Positions 18,853-30,933 of a DNA stretch of 32,000 nt are shown in pieces. Position numbers and translations under genes: made by a program. Origin of the DNA: Synechocystis sp. PCC 6803 substr. PCC-P (lineage in GTDB: Bacteria; Cyanobacteriota; Cyanobacteriia; Cyanobacteriales; Microcystaceae); contig NC_017039.1 in NCBI RefSeq assembly GCF_000284455.1, positions 3,538,115 to 3,570,114 on the forward strand, given 5' to 3'. Position 1 is the first letter of the stretch; the number at the start of each line of letters is the position of its first letter. The notes beneath the pieces were generated by a model, which was given only the letters and a program-made list of their open reading frames with translations, ran no database searches and was not told the origin of the DNA.

Positions 18853-19239
18853 ATGTCCACGGAAAACCCCATCGAAACCAAGTCACCGGAAAACAATCAG
18901 TCTTTAGACTGCAGCAGCCCGGATCCTTCCCGTAAATGGTACCAAGCCCGCCTATTTTCCTTTGGCATTACTCCAACGGGTTATGTGGCAGTGGGGGTAG
19001 CTCCCATGGGGGTAGTGGCCATTGGCATTGTGCCCATGGGGGTGATTTCCGTTGGCATGGTAGGTATGGGGGCGATCGCCGCTGGATTTGTCACCATGGG
19101 GATGGTAGCGTTTGGTGAAGTGAATATGTCCTACTTCGGTGGTCACAAAGGAGGCAAGGGCCATGGTGCAATGCCCACCCAGGAAATGCCCATGACCGAT
19201 AAACCCATGGAAAAACCCATGGAGCACAGCAATCACTAA
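18853..19239 (+). CDS. Small hydrophobic glycine-phased repeat protein
   Basis: 128 aa; five ~10-aa units of the type MGVVAIGIVP, with a short C-terminal tail rich in Lys/His/Met. Confidence 0.75.
   Translation: MSTENPIETKSPENNQSLDCSSPDPSRKWYQARLFSFGITPTGYVAVGVAPMGVVAIGIVPMGVISVGMVGMGAIAAGFVTMGMVAFGEVNMSYFGGHKGGKGHGAMPTQEMPMTDKPMEKPMEHSNH
18973..19122 (+). repeat. In-frame decapeptide (30-nt period) repeat region
   Basis: PTGYVAVGVA / PMGVVAIGIV / PMGVISVGMV / GMGAIAAGFV / TMGMVAFGEV. Gly at the third and eighth positions of each ten. Confidence 0.75.
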
Positions 19240-19284
19240 AGCTAGAATTGGGAAAACTCCTTCACCCCAGTCACCCCAGATTCT

Positions 19285-19674
19285 ATGCTTTCCTCCCTGT
19301 TCTCCGGTGGTTTAACCCTCACTCTAGCCCTTGCTCCTGTGGGGGCATTCACAGTCGAACCGACTCAAATTATTCGAGTTAATTCCCCTACTCTGCAAGC
19401 CCAGGCGATCGACCTTAACGAAGTACAACAACAATTGGAGCAAAATCCCCAACTTATTCAACAGGCAGAGCAATTACTGAGGGAAAATCCTGACCTGGTG
19501 ATTAAAACCATGGAGCAGATATTGAGGAATAATCCCACCATCATTCAAGAAATCCAAGCCATGCCGGGGCTAATGAATGAGATGGCCCGTCAGGCGGGTG
19601 GCATTGTTGATTATCTACAAAAAAATCCTGAATTGTTTCGCCAATTAGAACAAATGATAGTGGTACCCCAATAG
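19285..19674 (+). CDS. Small exported hypothetical protein with repeated helical 'NPxL' units
   Basis: 129 aa; signal-like MLSSLFSGGLTLTLALAPVGAFT, then QNPQLIQQAEQLL / ENPDLVIKTMEQIL / NNPTIIQEI / KNPELFRQLEQMI. Confidence 0.7.
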   Translation: MLSSLFSGGLTLTLALAPVGAFTVEPTQIIRVNSPTLQAQAIDLNEVQQQLEQNPQLIQQAEQLLRENPDLVIKTMEQILRNNPTIIQEIQAMPGLMNEMARQAGGIVDYLQKNPELFRQLEQMIVVPQ

Positions 19675-19691
19675 GAAGTTAGTCTTAACGT

Positions 19692-20324
19692 TTAATTTGC
19701 TTGTTGTTCTAATTTACCTAACATAATTAAACTTTCCAAATCTTCTGTTGCTGTGGGCAAGTGTTTGGCGACCATCATTCTAACTTTTTCGAGTTGAGTA
19801 TCTGTAGCACCTCCAACCATTCGACTGATGTCAGCTAAATCTTGGCTGCGGCTGGCATTTAACTTCATTAAAATCAAATATGGCAAGTCAATAATTGGCA
19901 AACCATCAGGAGCGTAATTGGGAAACTTAAGAGCTGTTTCTAACCAAGGTTCATCAACTTCGAGCACATCCAATGAAGTTCCATTAGGCAAATTCCACTG
20001 ACTACCGGGAATTGTTAAATCGCTCACTTTGGTTGCCCCGGCATCTCTTAGATTTTGATAGGCTAGTTGTGCTCTATCAGCTGGAATTATGATGTCGAGG
20101 TCTAATGTCATACGTTCCGGCATGTAAAGCCTAGTTGCTACTCCCCCGACTACGGCAAAGGGAACATCTTTGATTAATTGACGAATATCAGTCACGGGTA
20201 AATTCCAAGTTCGTTTATTTAAAAAAATGAGGCTACTGCCAGTACCAGGTTTGACCCTTTTTTTAATTAGGGAAAGGAAAATTTGTCTACGTTTTAAATG
20301 GGGGTCGGTAAGTAGGGTTGACAT
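19692..20324 (-). CDS. Predicted nucleotidyltransferase-fold protein
   Basis: Track ORF 19692..20363, alternative start MSTLLTDPHLKRR at 20324. PFAVVGGVATRLYMPERMTLDLDIIIP resembles the GG..A..L..R.T.DID NTase motif. Confidence 0.6.
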   Translation of the reverse strand: MSTLLTDPHLKRRQIFLSLIKKRVKPGTGSSLIFLNKRTWNLPVTDIRQLIKDVPFAVVGGVATRLYMPERMTLDLDIIIPADRAQLAYQNLRDAGATKVSDLTIPGSQWNLPNGTSLDVLEVDEPWLETALKFPNYAPDGLPIIDLPYLILMKLNASRSQDLADISRMVGGATDTQLEKVRMMVAKHLPTATEDLESLIMLGKLEQQAN

Positions 20325-20451
20325 AAAATGAGATATTTTTTTGTATATTACTTCAGAATACAATCGAGGAAATCTTAACGATATTCTTGTCCTTGAATGA
20401 ACTTAACTAACAATTTAGGTGCTAGTCCCCATTGTAAAAGGTTTATCATAG

Positions 20452-23169
<2,718 letters not shown>

Positions 23170-23367
23170 ATATTATGTACCAAACTGCGTCCCAATTTGA
23201 AGCACAAATGCCCGATGCAAGACTGTTGCTAAGTGATGAACCAGAAATGAAAAGCTCCCTACATTCAGATCAATTAATGACTGAGGATGGAGTCCGCAAT
23301 TCTAACCGAGGAAAGGATTACAATGTGAAGGCGATTTATTGATCACACTTCCATTGCCCTGCCCCCC

Positions 23368-25179
23368 ATGACCGACGTCCCCGTTAGCCGCATCCGCAAT
23401 TTCTCCATCATTGCCCACATTGACCACGGTAAATCCACCTTGGCCGATCGCCTGTTGCAGGTGACAGATACGGTGCAACAACGGGAAATGAAAGAGCAGT
23501 TCCTGGACAATATGGATTTGGAGCGGGAGCGGGGCATCACCATCAAGCTCCAGGCCGCCCGCATGAATTACAAGGCTAAGGACGGTCAGGATTACGTACT
23601 TAACCTGATTGACACCCCGGGCCATGTGGACTTTTCCTATGAAGTTTCCCGTTCCTTAGCCGCCTGTGAAGGGGCGTTGTTGGTGGTGGATGCCTCCCAG
23701 GGGGTGGAAGCCCAGACGTTGGCAAACGTTTACCTAGCGTTGGATAACAATCTAGAAATTATTCCCGTCTTAAACAAAATTGACCTTCCCAGTGCGGAGC
23801 CAGACCGGGTGGCAGCGGAAATTGAGGAAGTGGTGGGGCTCGATTGCAGCGACATTATCCAAGCTTCTGCTAAAGCTGGCATCGGGGTAGACGACATTTT
23901 AGAGGCGATCGTCCAACAGGTTCCCCCCCCAGCGGATACGGTGGATCAACCCCTGCGGGCGTTAATTTTTGACAGTTATTACGATGCCTACCGGGGGGTA
24001 GTGGTTTACTTCCGGGTGATGGACGGCCAGGTGAAGAAAGGCGATAAGGTACGTCTGATGGCTTCTGATAAGGAGTATGTCATTGATGAATTGGGAGTTT
24101 TATCCCCCACCCAGGTACAGGTGGAAGCGTTACATGCCGGGGAAGTAGGCTATTTTGCGGCGGCCATTAAGGCGGTGGCCGATGCGAGGGTAGGGGACAC
24201 CATCACCATGGCCAACAGTCCTGCGGCGGAACCGTTACCGGGCTATACCGAAGCTAACCCCATGGTTTTTTGTGGGCTATTCCCCATTGACGCGGATCAA
24301 TATCCCGATTTAAAAGATGCGTTGGAGAAGCTAAAGCTCAACGATGCGGCCCTGTCCTACGAGCCGGAAACTTCCAGCGCCATGGGATTTGGTTTCCGTT
24401 GCGGCTTTTTGGGATTACTGCATATGGAAATTGTCCAAGAGCGGTTGGAACGGGAATATAACCTGGATTTGATCACCACTGCCCCTTCGGTAATTTACCG
24501 GGTCACCACCACCGACGAAGAAGTGATTGAAGTGGATAACCCCAGTCTGTTGCCTCCCATCCAAAAACGGCTGAAGGTGGAAGAACCGTTCATCAAAGTG
24601 GAGATGATCACCCCGGAAACCTATGTGGGCACGTTGATGGAACTGTGCCAAAGTCGGCGGGGGGTGTTCAAGGATATGAAATTTTTCACCCAAACCCGAA
24701 CTGCTTTAATTTATGAATTACCTTTGGCGGAGGTGGTCACAGACTTTTTCGACCAGTTAAAATCCCGCACCAAGGGCTATGCTAGCATGGAATATCAATT
24801 AATTGGTTATCGGGAAAATCCCCTGGTCAAACTGGACATTTTGGTTAACGGTGATGGGGTGGATGCATTGGCCATGATTGTCCACCGGGATAAGGCCTAT
24901 TACGTTGGCCGGGCCATGGTCAGTAAGTTAAAAGAATTAATTCCCCGCCATCAGTTCAAAGTACCCATCCAGGCGGCGATCGGGGCCAAGGTCATTGCCA
25001 GTGAGCATATTCCTGCTTTGCGTAAGGATGTTTTGGCCAAGTGCTACGGTGGCGACATTTCCCGTAAGAAAAAGCTGTTGCAAAAGCAAGCCAAAGGGAA
25101 AAAACGCATGAAGGCGATCGGGACAGTGGATGTGCCCCAGGAAGCATTTATGGCGGTGTTGAAGCTGGATCCCCAATAG
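23368..25179 (+). CDS. lepA: Elongation factor 4 (LepA), ribosomal back-translocase GTPase
   Basis: 603 aa; [65 protein letters not shown]-terminal [21 protein letters not shown]. Confidence 0.97.
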   Translation: MTDVPVSRIRNFSIIAHIDHGKSTLADRLLQVTDTVQQREMKEQFLDNMDLERERGITIKLQAARMNYKAKDGQDYVLNLIDTPGHVDFSYEVSRSLAACEGALLVVDASQGVEAQTLANVYLALDNNLEIIPVLNKIDLPSAEPDRVAAEIEEVVGLDCSDIIQASAKAGIGVDDILEAIVQQVPPPADTVDQPLRALIFDSYYDAYRGVVVYFRVMDGQVKKGDKVRLMASDKEYVIDELGVLSPTQVQVEALHAGEVGYFAAAIKAVADARVGDTITMANSPAAEPLPGYTEANPMVFCGLFPIDADQYPDLKDALEKLKLNDAALSYEPETSSAMGFGFRCGFLGLLHMEIVQERLEREYNLDLITTAPSVIYRVTTTDEEVIEVDNPSLLPPIQKRLKVEEPFIKVEMITPETYVGTLMELCQSRRGVFKDMKFFTQTRTALIYELPLAEVVTDFFDQLKSRTKGYASMEYQLIGYRENPLVKLDILVNGDGVDALAMIVHRDKAYYVGRAMVSKLKELIPRHQFKVPIQAAIGAKVIASEHIPALRKDVLAKCYGGDISRKKKLLQKQAKGKKRMKAIGTVDVPQEAFMAVLKLDPQ

Positions 25180-25290
25180 TTTGGGATAACTATGGCTGAC
25201 TAACGGTGAGAAATATTCTCCATTGGCGATCGCCGATCCAGGCGGCAACTTTCATAATGGGATAATGGCAATCTTCAGCGCAGGGACATT

Positions 25291-26250
25291 ATGGGCTTAC
25301 TCGTCAACGGCATTTGGCAGGACCAATGGTACGACACGGAAAGTACAGGGGGCCGATTTGTGCGGCACGATTCCCAATTTCGCCATTGGATTACCCCCGA
25401 TGGATCGCCTGGGCCGACGGGGCACGGTGGGTTTAAAGCGGAAGCAGGGCGCTATCATCTTTACGTTTCCCTGGCCTGTCCGTGGGCGCACCGTACCTTG
25501 ATTTTCCGTAAACTCAAAGGTTTAGAAGGAATGATTGATGTTTCCGTTGTCCATTGGTTGATGCGGGAAAATGGATGGACCTTTGCCCCCGGCCCTGGGG
25601 TAATGCCCGATCCGTTATTTAATGCGGAGTATCTTTACCAAATTTATACCAGGGCAGATGCCCAATATAGTGGTCGGGTGACAGTACCAATCCTTTGGGA
25701 CAAACAAAAGCAGACCATTGTTAATAATGAATCGTCGGAAATTATCAGAATTTTCAACAGTGCCTTTGATGGGCTGGGCGCAAAATCTGGGGACTATTAT
25801 CCCAAAGCTCTCCGTACCCAAATTGACGCCCTCAATGACCGGATTTATCACACCATTAACAATGGCGTTTATAAATGTGGATTTGCCACGACCCAAACGG
25901 CCTATGAAGAGGCGATCGCCCCGTTATTTGAAAGCTTGGATTGGTTAGAAGGAATTTTACAGGGGCATCAATATTTAACAGGGGACGAAATTACGGAAGC
26001 GGACTGGCGCTTATTTACCACCTTGATTCGTTTTGATGTGGTCTATGTGGGGCATTTCAAATGTAACTTGCGGCGGATTCAGGACTATCCCAACCTGTGG
26101 CGTTATCTACGGGATTTATACCACCAACCTGGCATCGCTGAAACTGTTAATTTTCAACATATCAAGGGCCATTACTACGAAAGTCATTTGAATATTAATC
26201 CCACGGGAATCGTACCAATGGGGCCAGCGTTGGATTTATCGTTAGCCTAA
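25291..26250 (+). CDS. Glutathione S-transferase family protein, Xi class / glutathionyl-hydroquinone reductase-like
   Basis: 319 aa; YHLYVSLACPWAHRTLIFRKLKGLE, DPLFNAEYLYQIYTRA, VTVPILWDKQKQTIVNNESSEIIRI, NNGVYKCGFATTQ. Confidence 0.9.
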   Translation: MGLLVNGIWQDQWYDTESTGGRFVRHDSQFRHWITPDGSPGPTGHGGFKAEAGRYHLYVSLACPWAHRTLIFRKLKGLEGMIDVSVVHWLMRENGWTFAPGPGVMPDPLFNAEYLYQIYTRADAQYSGRVTVPILWDKQKQTIVNNESSEIIRIFNSAFDGLGAKSGDYYPKALRTQIDALNDRIYHTINNGVYKCGFATTQTAYEEAIAPLFESLDWLEGILQGHQYLTGDEITEADWRLFTTLIRFDVVYVGHFKCNLRRIQDYPNLWRYLRDLYHQPGIAETVNFQHIKGHYYESHLNINPTGIVPMGPALDLSLA

Positions 26251-26551
26251 ATATTGTCTTCGATTATCCTTGTCCCTAGACCAATCTCACCTTGGCTAAT
26301 AATTCCTGACGCTCATACTACTGTGGGGCCTCCAGTGTCCTAAATTTGGCATTAGTCGTAAGCTCCGAGTCCAAACCAGGGCAGGGTAAGTATGGGATCA
26401 TTGGCAAAAAATTATCGCTATGGAAGTTTTGCGGTGAAGGAGAGTCCTCCTTGTTAATTGTCGAGGATATTGCTGAGGCGGGGATTGGCGAAAAAGTTGC
26501 TATAGTGAATCTGATTAAAACGCCCTTTGCTGCTGTTTCAGCTTTTGAACA

Positions 26552-27505
26552 ATGCGCATCCTAGCCCTTGTCCCCGGTGGAATCTCCGAGCAAATCCTGT
26601 TTTTCCCAACCATTGCCACCCTCAAGGCGGAATACCCCCAGGCAACGATTGACGTAATTGTGGAACCTAGGGCCAAGTCGGCCTACAGGGTTTGTGCCCA
26701 GGTCAATGAGGTGCTGGCCTTCGATTATCGGGATCGTAACGGTCTGGCGGACTTTTTAAATCTGTTGGGCGTTATCCGTGACCGGGAATATGAAGCGGTG
26801 CTAACGGTGGCCCGGCAATGGACAATTGAGTTGCTTCTCTGGCTCAATGGCATTCCCCAGCGGGTGGGTTACCAGAGCAGTGCTGGTTTCTTTTTGTCGG
26901 CGACGGTGCCTTTTAAACCGGATCAGTATGTTCCTTTTCTTTTTCATGATCTGACCCAAGGTTTTGGCATTAACCGGCCCTGTCCTCCGCTCCAAATTAG
27001 TCTGCCCAAGGCTGACATTGAGTGGATGGAGGCAACCCAGAAAAAGTTAGACCTGGGAAGTGGTGGTTATGTGGTGCTCAATGGCGGAGCCATACGTCAA
27101 CCGGACACGGGGGATTTCCCTTATCCCATTGCCCAATGGCATGAAATCATTGCAGACATTAAGCAAAAACAACCGGGGTTAAAAATTGTGCTGATTCCCC
27201 CGGCGGAGAATACGGGCTGGGTGCAGGCCATGCAGGATCAACATCCGGGGGTAGTTGCCATACGTCCAGGGGATGTGGGTAAAATGGCGGCTCTGTTGGC
27301 TGGAGCTAACTTAGTGGTTTGCACGGAGGGGATTCCCATGCATTTGGCGATCGCCGTTGGGACCTACACCGTCGCTATTTTGGGTAAAACCCCCGCAGCC
27401 CGCATTATTCCCCCGGACCAAGAAAAATTTATTGGTTTACAGGTGCCCAGTGGCAAGGAAGCAGATGTGAAACCAGCCCTAGTATTGAAGAAAATTTGGC
27501 GCTAA
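26552..27505 (+). CDS. Glycosyltransferase family 9 (ADP-heptose:LPS heptosyltransferase-like)
   Basis: 317 aa; MRILALVPGGISEQILFFPTIATLKAEYPQATIDVIVEPRAKSAY...YVVLNGGAIRQ...PGDVGKMAALLAGANLVVCTEGIPMHLAIAVGTYTVAILGKTP. Confidence 0.82.
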   Translation: MRILALVPGGISEQILFFPTIATLKAEYPQATIDVIVEPRAKSAYRVCAQVNEVLAFDYRDRNGLADFLNLLGVIRDREYEAVLTVARQWTIELLLWLNGIPQRVGYQSSAGFFLSATVPFKPDQYVPFLFHDLTQGFGINRPCPPLQISLPKADIEWMEATQKKLDLGSGGYVVLNGGAIRQPDTGDFPYPIAQWHEIIADIKQKQPGLKIVLIPPAENTGWVQAMQDQHPGVVAIRPGDVGKMAALLAGANLVVCTEGIPMHLAIAVGTYTVAILGKTPAARIIPPDQEKFIGLQVPSGKEADVKPALVLKKIWR

Positions 27506-27663
27506 ACAATCGGTTTCGGCACAGTTTAAGAAAACTATAGAGATTTGTTAAAGGCTATCATTGCCTCTTTCACTGATAGGATAGGTGAAAAACTTAGTGG
27601 CCTAATTTCTTGGGCTAGAGTCAATCTTCTTTAACCTTCTCTTAACTTTGGAAGAAATTTGTT

Positions 27664-28053
27664 ATGACTAGCATTATGATGAATACCGTGCAAACGTATG
27701 GTAAGACGGTGGAAAAGAACTACAAAGCTGGGGAGGTAATTTTCCAGGAAGGCGCAGTGGAATTGTCTATGTTTGGGGTGTTGGAAGGCGAAGTAGAGAT
27801 GACTTTGCAAGGTAAGTTTATTGAAACCATTGAGGCCGGAGGCATTTTTGGCATAGGAGCCATTGTCCACAGCGATCATCAAAGGGCTTCCACGGCGATC
27901 GCCAAAACCGATTGCAAGTTAGTGGCTATGGACCGGGAACATTTTCTGTTTGCAGTGCAACAAACCCCGATGTTTGCCTTGGAAGTGATCCAGAACTATT
28001 CAGACCGCTACCGGAGTTTGAAAGCATTGTACGAGAAGGCGATCGCCGAATAG
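27664..28053 (+). CDS. Small single-domain cyclic-nucleotide-binding-fold protein
   Basis: 129 aa; YKAGEVIFQEGAVELSMFGVLEGEVEMTLQGKFIETIEAGGIFGIGAIVHSDHQRASTAIAKTDCKLVAMDREHF. Confidence 0.85.
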   Translation: MTSIMMNTVQTYGKTVEKNYKAGEVIFQEGAVELSMFGVLEGEVEMTLQGKFIETIEAGGIFGIGAIVHSDHQRASTAIAKTDCKLVAMDREHFLFAVQQTPMFALEVIQNYSDRYRSLKALYEKAIAE

Positions 28054-28201
28054 AACCAAGTCGATTTGGGTTTATGAAAGCCAGAGGACAGGGCGGGGAG
28101 AATGCAGTTGCTCAACTTCCTGCGGGAATACGGCCAGTGATAGGCTAGAAAGATAAATGTCAAGCCGTTCTGCGGGGCGGAATTCCCCCATCCTTCCTTT
28201 G

Positions 28202-28849
28202 ATGAGCCACTCTGATTTGCCTTTGGCTAACGCTGTCCCCCTCGATAAAATTCGCTACAACGACCAGGGATTAGTGCCGGCGATCGCCCAAGACTATTTG
28301 GACGGCACGGTGTTGATGTTGGCCTGGATGAACGAAGCAGCCCTGGCGAAAACCCTAGCCACGGGACAGGTGTGGTATTGGAGTCGTTCCCGCCAAGAAC
28401 TATGGCATAAGGGAGCAACCTCCGGCCACTTTCAAAAACTTTTGGGCATCCGCTACGACTGCGACAGCGACGCATTATTACTGACCATTGAGCAAAAGGG
28501 GGACATTGCCTGCCACACCGGGGAACGGAGTTGTTTCCATCAACTGGACGGCCATAAATCCCCTCCCCCAGCGGATATGTTGACGGAATTGGCTCGGGTC
28601 ATTGGTGATCGCCGGGATCACCCCACCCCCGAATCCTACACCTGTAAATTATTGGCGGGGGGAGATAATAAAATTCTCAAAAAAATTGGCGAAGAAAGTG
28701 CGGAAGTGGTCATGGCTTGCAAAGATGATGACCCGGAAGCCATCGCCGGAGAGGTAGCGGATTTGTTCTACCACACCCTGGTGGCCCTAGCCCATCACAA
28801 CGTTGATCTACGGGCCGTTTATCGCAAGCTTGGCGATCGTCGCCGTTAA
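28202..28849 (+). CDS. hisI: Bifunctional phosphoribosyl-AMP cyclohydrolase / phosphoribosyl-ATP pyrophosphatase
   Basis: [47 protein letters not shown] (HisI) and [30 protein letters not shown]...[13 protein letters not shown] (HisE). Start chosen at [10 protein letters not shown]; the track ORF opens at 28157. Confidence 0.95.
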   Translation: MSHSDLPLANAVPLDKIRYNDQGLVPAIAQDYLDGTVLMLAWMNEAALAKTLATGQVWYWSRSRQELWHKGATSGHFQKLLGIRYDCDSDALLLTIEQKGDIACHTGERSCFHQLDGHKSPPPADMLTELARVIGDRRDHPTPESYTCKLLAGGDNKILKKIGEESAEVVMACKDDDPEAIAGEVADLFYHTLVALAHHNVDLRAVYRKLGDRRR

Positions 28850-28953
28850 CGGTGCCCAGCCTCGGTCAGTTCAAAAAGCCGTGGTACCATGAAAAAACGC
28901 GGGGAGAATCCTAGTTTTCCCTTCCTCAAAATTTCTCAGTTTTAGCAACAAAT

Positions 28954-30105
28954 ATGTCCACCGTTGACCATGCCCCCCAGACTTCAGAAGCGATGGCCAT
29001 TCCCAAACAGGGATTGCCGGTAACCATCATCACTGGCTTTTTGGGCAGTGGTAAAACCACTCTGTTGAACTATATTTTGAGCAATCAACAGGGGCTTAAA
29101 ACCGCCGTTTTGGTGAACGAATTTGGTGAAATTGGCATTGATAATGAATTGGTCATTGCCAGTGACAAAAACATGGTGGAATTGAGCAATGGTTGTGTTT
29201 GTTGCACCATCAATGAAGACTTAGTTGAAGCAGTTTATAAAGTTTTAGAACGGGAACAGAAAATTGATTATTTGGTAGTGGAAACTACAGGTTTAGCTGA
29301 TCCTTTACCTGTGGCCCTGACTTTTTTAGGCACAGAATTGCGGGATATGACCCGACTGGATTCCATCATTACCATGGTGGACTGTGAGAATTTTAGTTTG
29401 GATTTATTTAATAGCCAGGCGGCCCAAAGTCAAATCACCTACGGAGACATCATTGTCCTTAATAAAACTGATTTGGTGGAGGAAGCAGACGTAGATTCTT
29501 TAGAAGTCCGTTTGCGGGATTTAAAAACGGGAGCCAGAATTCTCCGCACCCAAAAAGCGGAAGTTCCTTTACCCCTGATTCTCAGTGTGGGACTGTTTGA
29601 GTCGGACAAATACGCTCCCGAACAACACGAGCACCATCACCATAGCCACGATCACGGCCATGACCATGATTGTGCCCCCGATTGCCAAGATCCAAACCAT
29701 AACCATAGCCACCATGGCCATGATCATCATCATCACGACCATGACCATGATCATGGCAAAAAGTACCACAGTGACCACCTAGAAATGGATGGCTTCACCT
29801 CCCTTTCTTTCCGCAGTGAGCAGCCCTTTTCCATTCGTAAGTTCCAGTATTTTCTCGATAATCAATTAACCCCCAACATTTTCCGAGCTAAGGGTATTCT
29901 TTGGTTCAATGAAAGCCCAAAACGGCATATTTTTCACCTCAGTGGCAAGCGTTTTAGCCTGGAAGATGACCAATGGAAAGGGGAAAAATCGAATCAGTTG
30001 GTGTTAATTGGTCAAGACCTAGACCATGACAAAATCCGTGAACAACTTAACCATTGTTTGAGCTTGCCGACGGAGAGCAAAGGTAAAGGTTTTGGTAGGG
30101 GTTAA
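28954..30105 (+). CDS. CobW/COG0523 family GTPase, putative metallochaperone, with a His/Asp-rich loop
   Basis: 383 aa; ITGFLGSGKTTLLNYIL, NEFGEIGIDNEL, NGCVCCTI (CxCC), VETTGLADPLP, NKTDLVEE, and a His-rich insert. Confidence 0.92.
   Translation: MSTVDHAPQTSEAMAIPKQGLPVTIITGFLGSGKTTLLNYILSNQQGLKTAVLVNEFGEIGIDNELVIASDKNMVELSNGCVCCTINEDLVEAVYKVLEREQKIDYLVVETTGLADPLPVALTFLGTELRDMTRLDSIITMVDCENFSLDLFNSQAAQSQITYGDIIVLNKTDLVEEADVDSLEVRLRDLKTGARILRTQKAEVPLPLILSVGLFESDKYAPEQHEHHHHSHDHGHDHDCAPDCQDPNHNHSHHGHDHHHHDHDHDHGKKYHSDHLEMDGFTSLSFRSEQPFSIRKFQYFLDNQLTPNIFRAKGILWFNESPKRHIFHLSGKRFSLEDDQWKGEKSNQLVLIGQDLDHDKIREQLNHCLSLPTESKGKGFGRG
29620..29778 (+). repeat. His/Asp/Gly-rich low-complexity insert within the CobW-like protein
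   Basis: EQHEHHHHSHDHGHDHDCAPDCQDPNHNHSHHGHDHHHHDHDHDHGKKYHSDH encoded by CAT/CAC/GAC-rich DNA. Confidence 0.9.
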
Positions 30106-30141
30106 GCGAACTAACCAGCAAAATTCTTACATTGGTAACCC

Positions 30142-30933
30142 TTGAGCAAATTTTCTACCTACCGCCGGGTTTTAGGGCTATTTTGGCAAACGGCGATCGC
30201 CGCTGAGTTGGAGTATCGCCTCAACTTTGTCATTGCTAGCGTGGGCAGTGTGGTGAATCTAGGGGGCAGTTTATTCAGCCTGTTTTTGTTCTATCGCACT
30301 GGCTATAGCTTTGCAGGTTGGAATTGGCAATCAGCGTTGGTGGTGCTGGGGATGTTCACCATTCTCCAGGGGTTAGCGGCTACCCTATTTATTCCGAACC
30401 TGAATCGCATTGTGCGTTATGTGGAGCAAGGCACTCTGGATTTTGTGCTGTTAAAGCCGATCAGTAGTCAATTTTGGCTTTCCCTCCGGCAACTGTCCCC
30501 CTGGGGGGTACCGGATATTTGCTTTGGGCTGGGGCTGATTGTCTATGCAGGGGTGAGCTTAAACCTAAAAGCCTGGGATTTGGTGTTGGGGACGATACTC
30601 CTTGGATTGGGGTGTATTGTTCTCTATAGCATTTGGTTTATGTTAGGGGCCACTAGCATTTGGTTTGTCAAAATTTATAACGTCACTGAAGTGCTGAAGG
30701 GATTCCTCGAGGCAGGGCGTTACCCCATGGTGGCCTATCCCGCCATTTACCGGATCTTTTTCACTTTTATTATTCCCATTGCCTTTTTGACCACGGTGCC
30801 CGCCGAGGCTATGTTGGGCAGACTTGATCCGATCTGGTTACTGGCAACGGCCGGATTGGCGATCGCCCTGTTGACTCTTTCCCATTATTTTTGGCAATTT
30901 GCCCTGCGATTTTACACTAGTGCTTCTAGTTGA
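30142..30933 (+). CDS. ABC-2 family transporter permease (DUF990-like)
   Basis: 263 aa, six hydrophobic segments; FVIASVGSVVNLGGSLFSLFLFYRTG...RYVEQGTLDFVLLKPISSQFWLSLR...FIIPIAFLTTVPAEAMLG. Confidence 0.85.
   Translation: MSKFSTYRRVLGLFWQTAIAAELEYRLNFVIASVGSVVNLGGSLFSLFLFYRTGYSFAGWNWQSALVVLGMFTILQGLAATLFIPNLNRIVRYVEQGTLDFVLLKPISSQFWLSLRQLSPWGVPDICFGLGLIVYAGVSLNLKAWDLVLGTILLGLGCIVLYSIWFMLGATSIWFVKIYNVTEVLKGFLEAGRYPMVAYPAIYRIFFTFIIPIAFLTTVPAEAMLGRLDPIWLLATAGLAIALLTLSHYFWQFALRFYTSASS

Noticed and set aside
18973-19122. 30-nt periodic repeat considered as a direct-repeat array or CRISPR relic
   Set aside because: Units are contiguous with no spacers, vary mainly as coding sequence, and keep the reading frame, so they are protein repeats.
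26346-26564. 72-aa ORF in the gap before the GT9 gene
   Set aside because: No recognisable domain, overlaps the start of the next gene by 13 nt in another frame; not enough to call a gene.
29620-29778. Repetitive CAT/GAC-rich stretch considered as a CRISPR-like array
   Set aside because: Repeats are trinucleotide-scale, in frame, and lack unique spacers; they encode a His-rich loop. No CRISPR array or cas gene is visible anywhere in the window.
29569-29782. Met/Val-rich (-) ORF and Thr/Ile-rich (+) ORF across the His-rich loop
   Set aside because: Artifacts of simple CAT/GAC repeats; the in-frame CobW-like protein explains the DNA.
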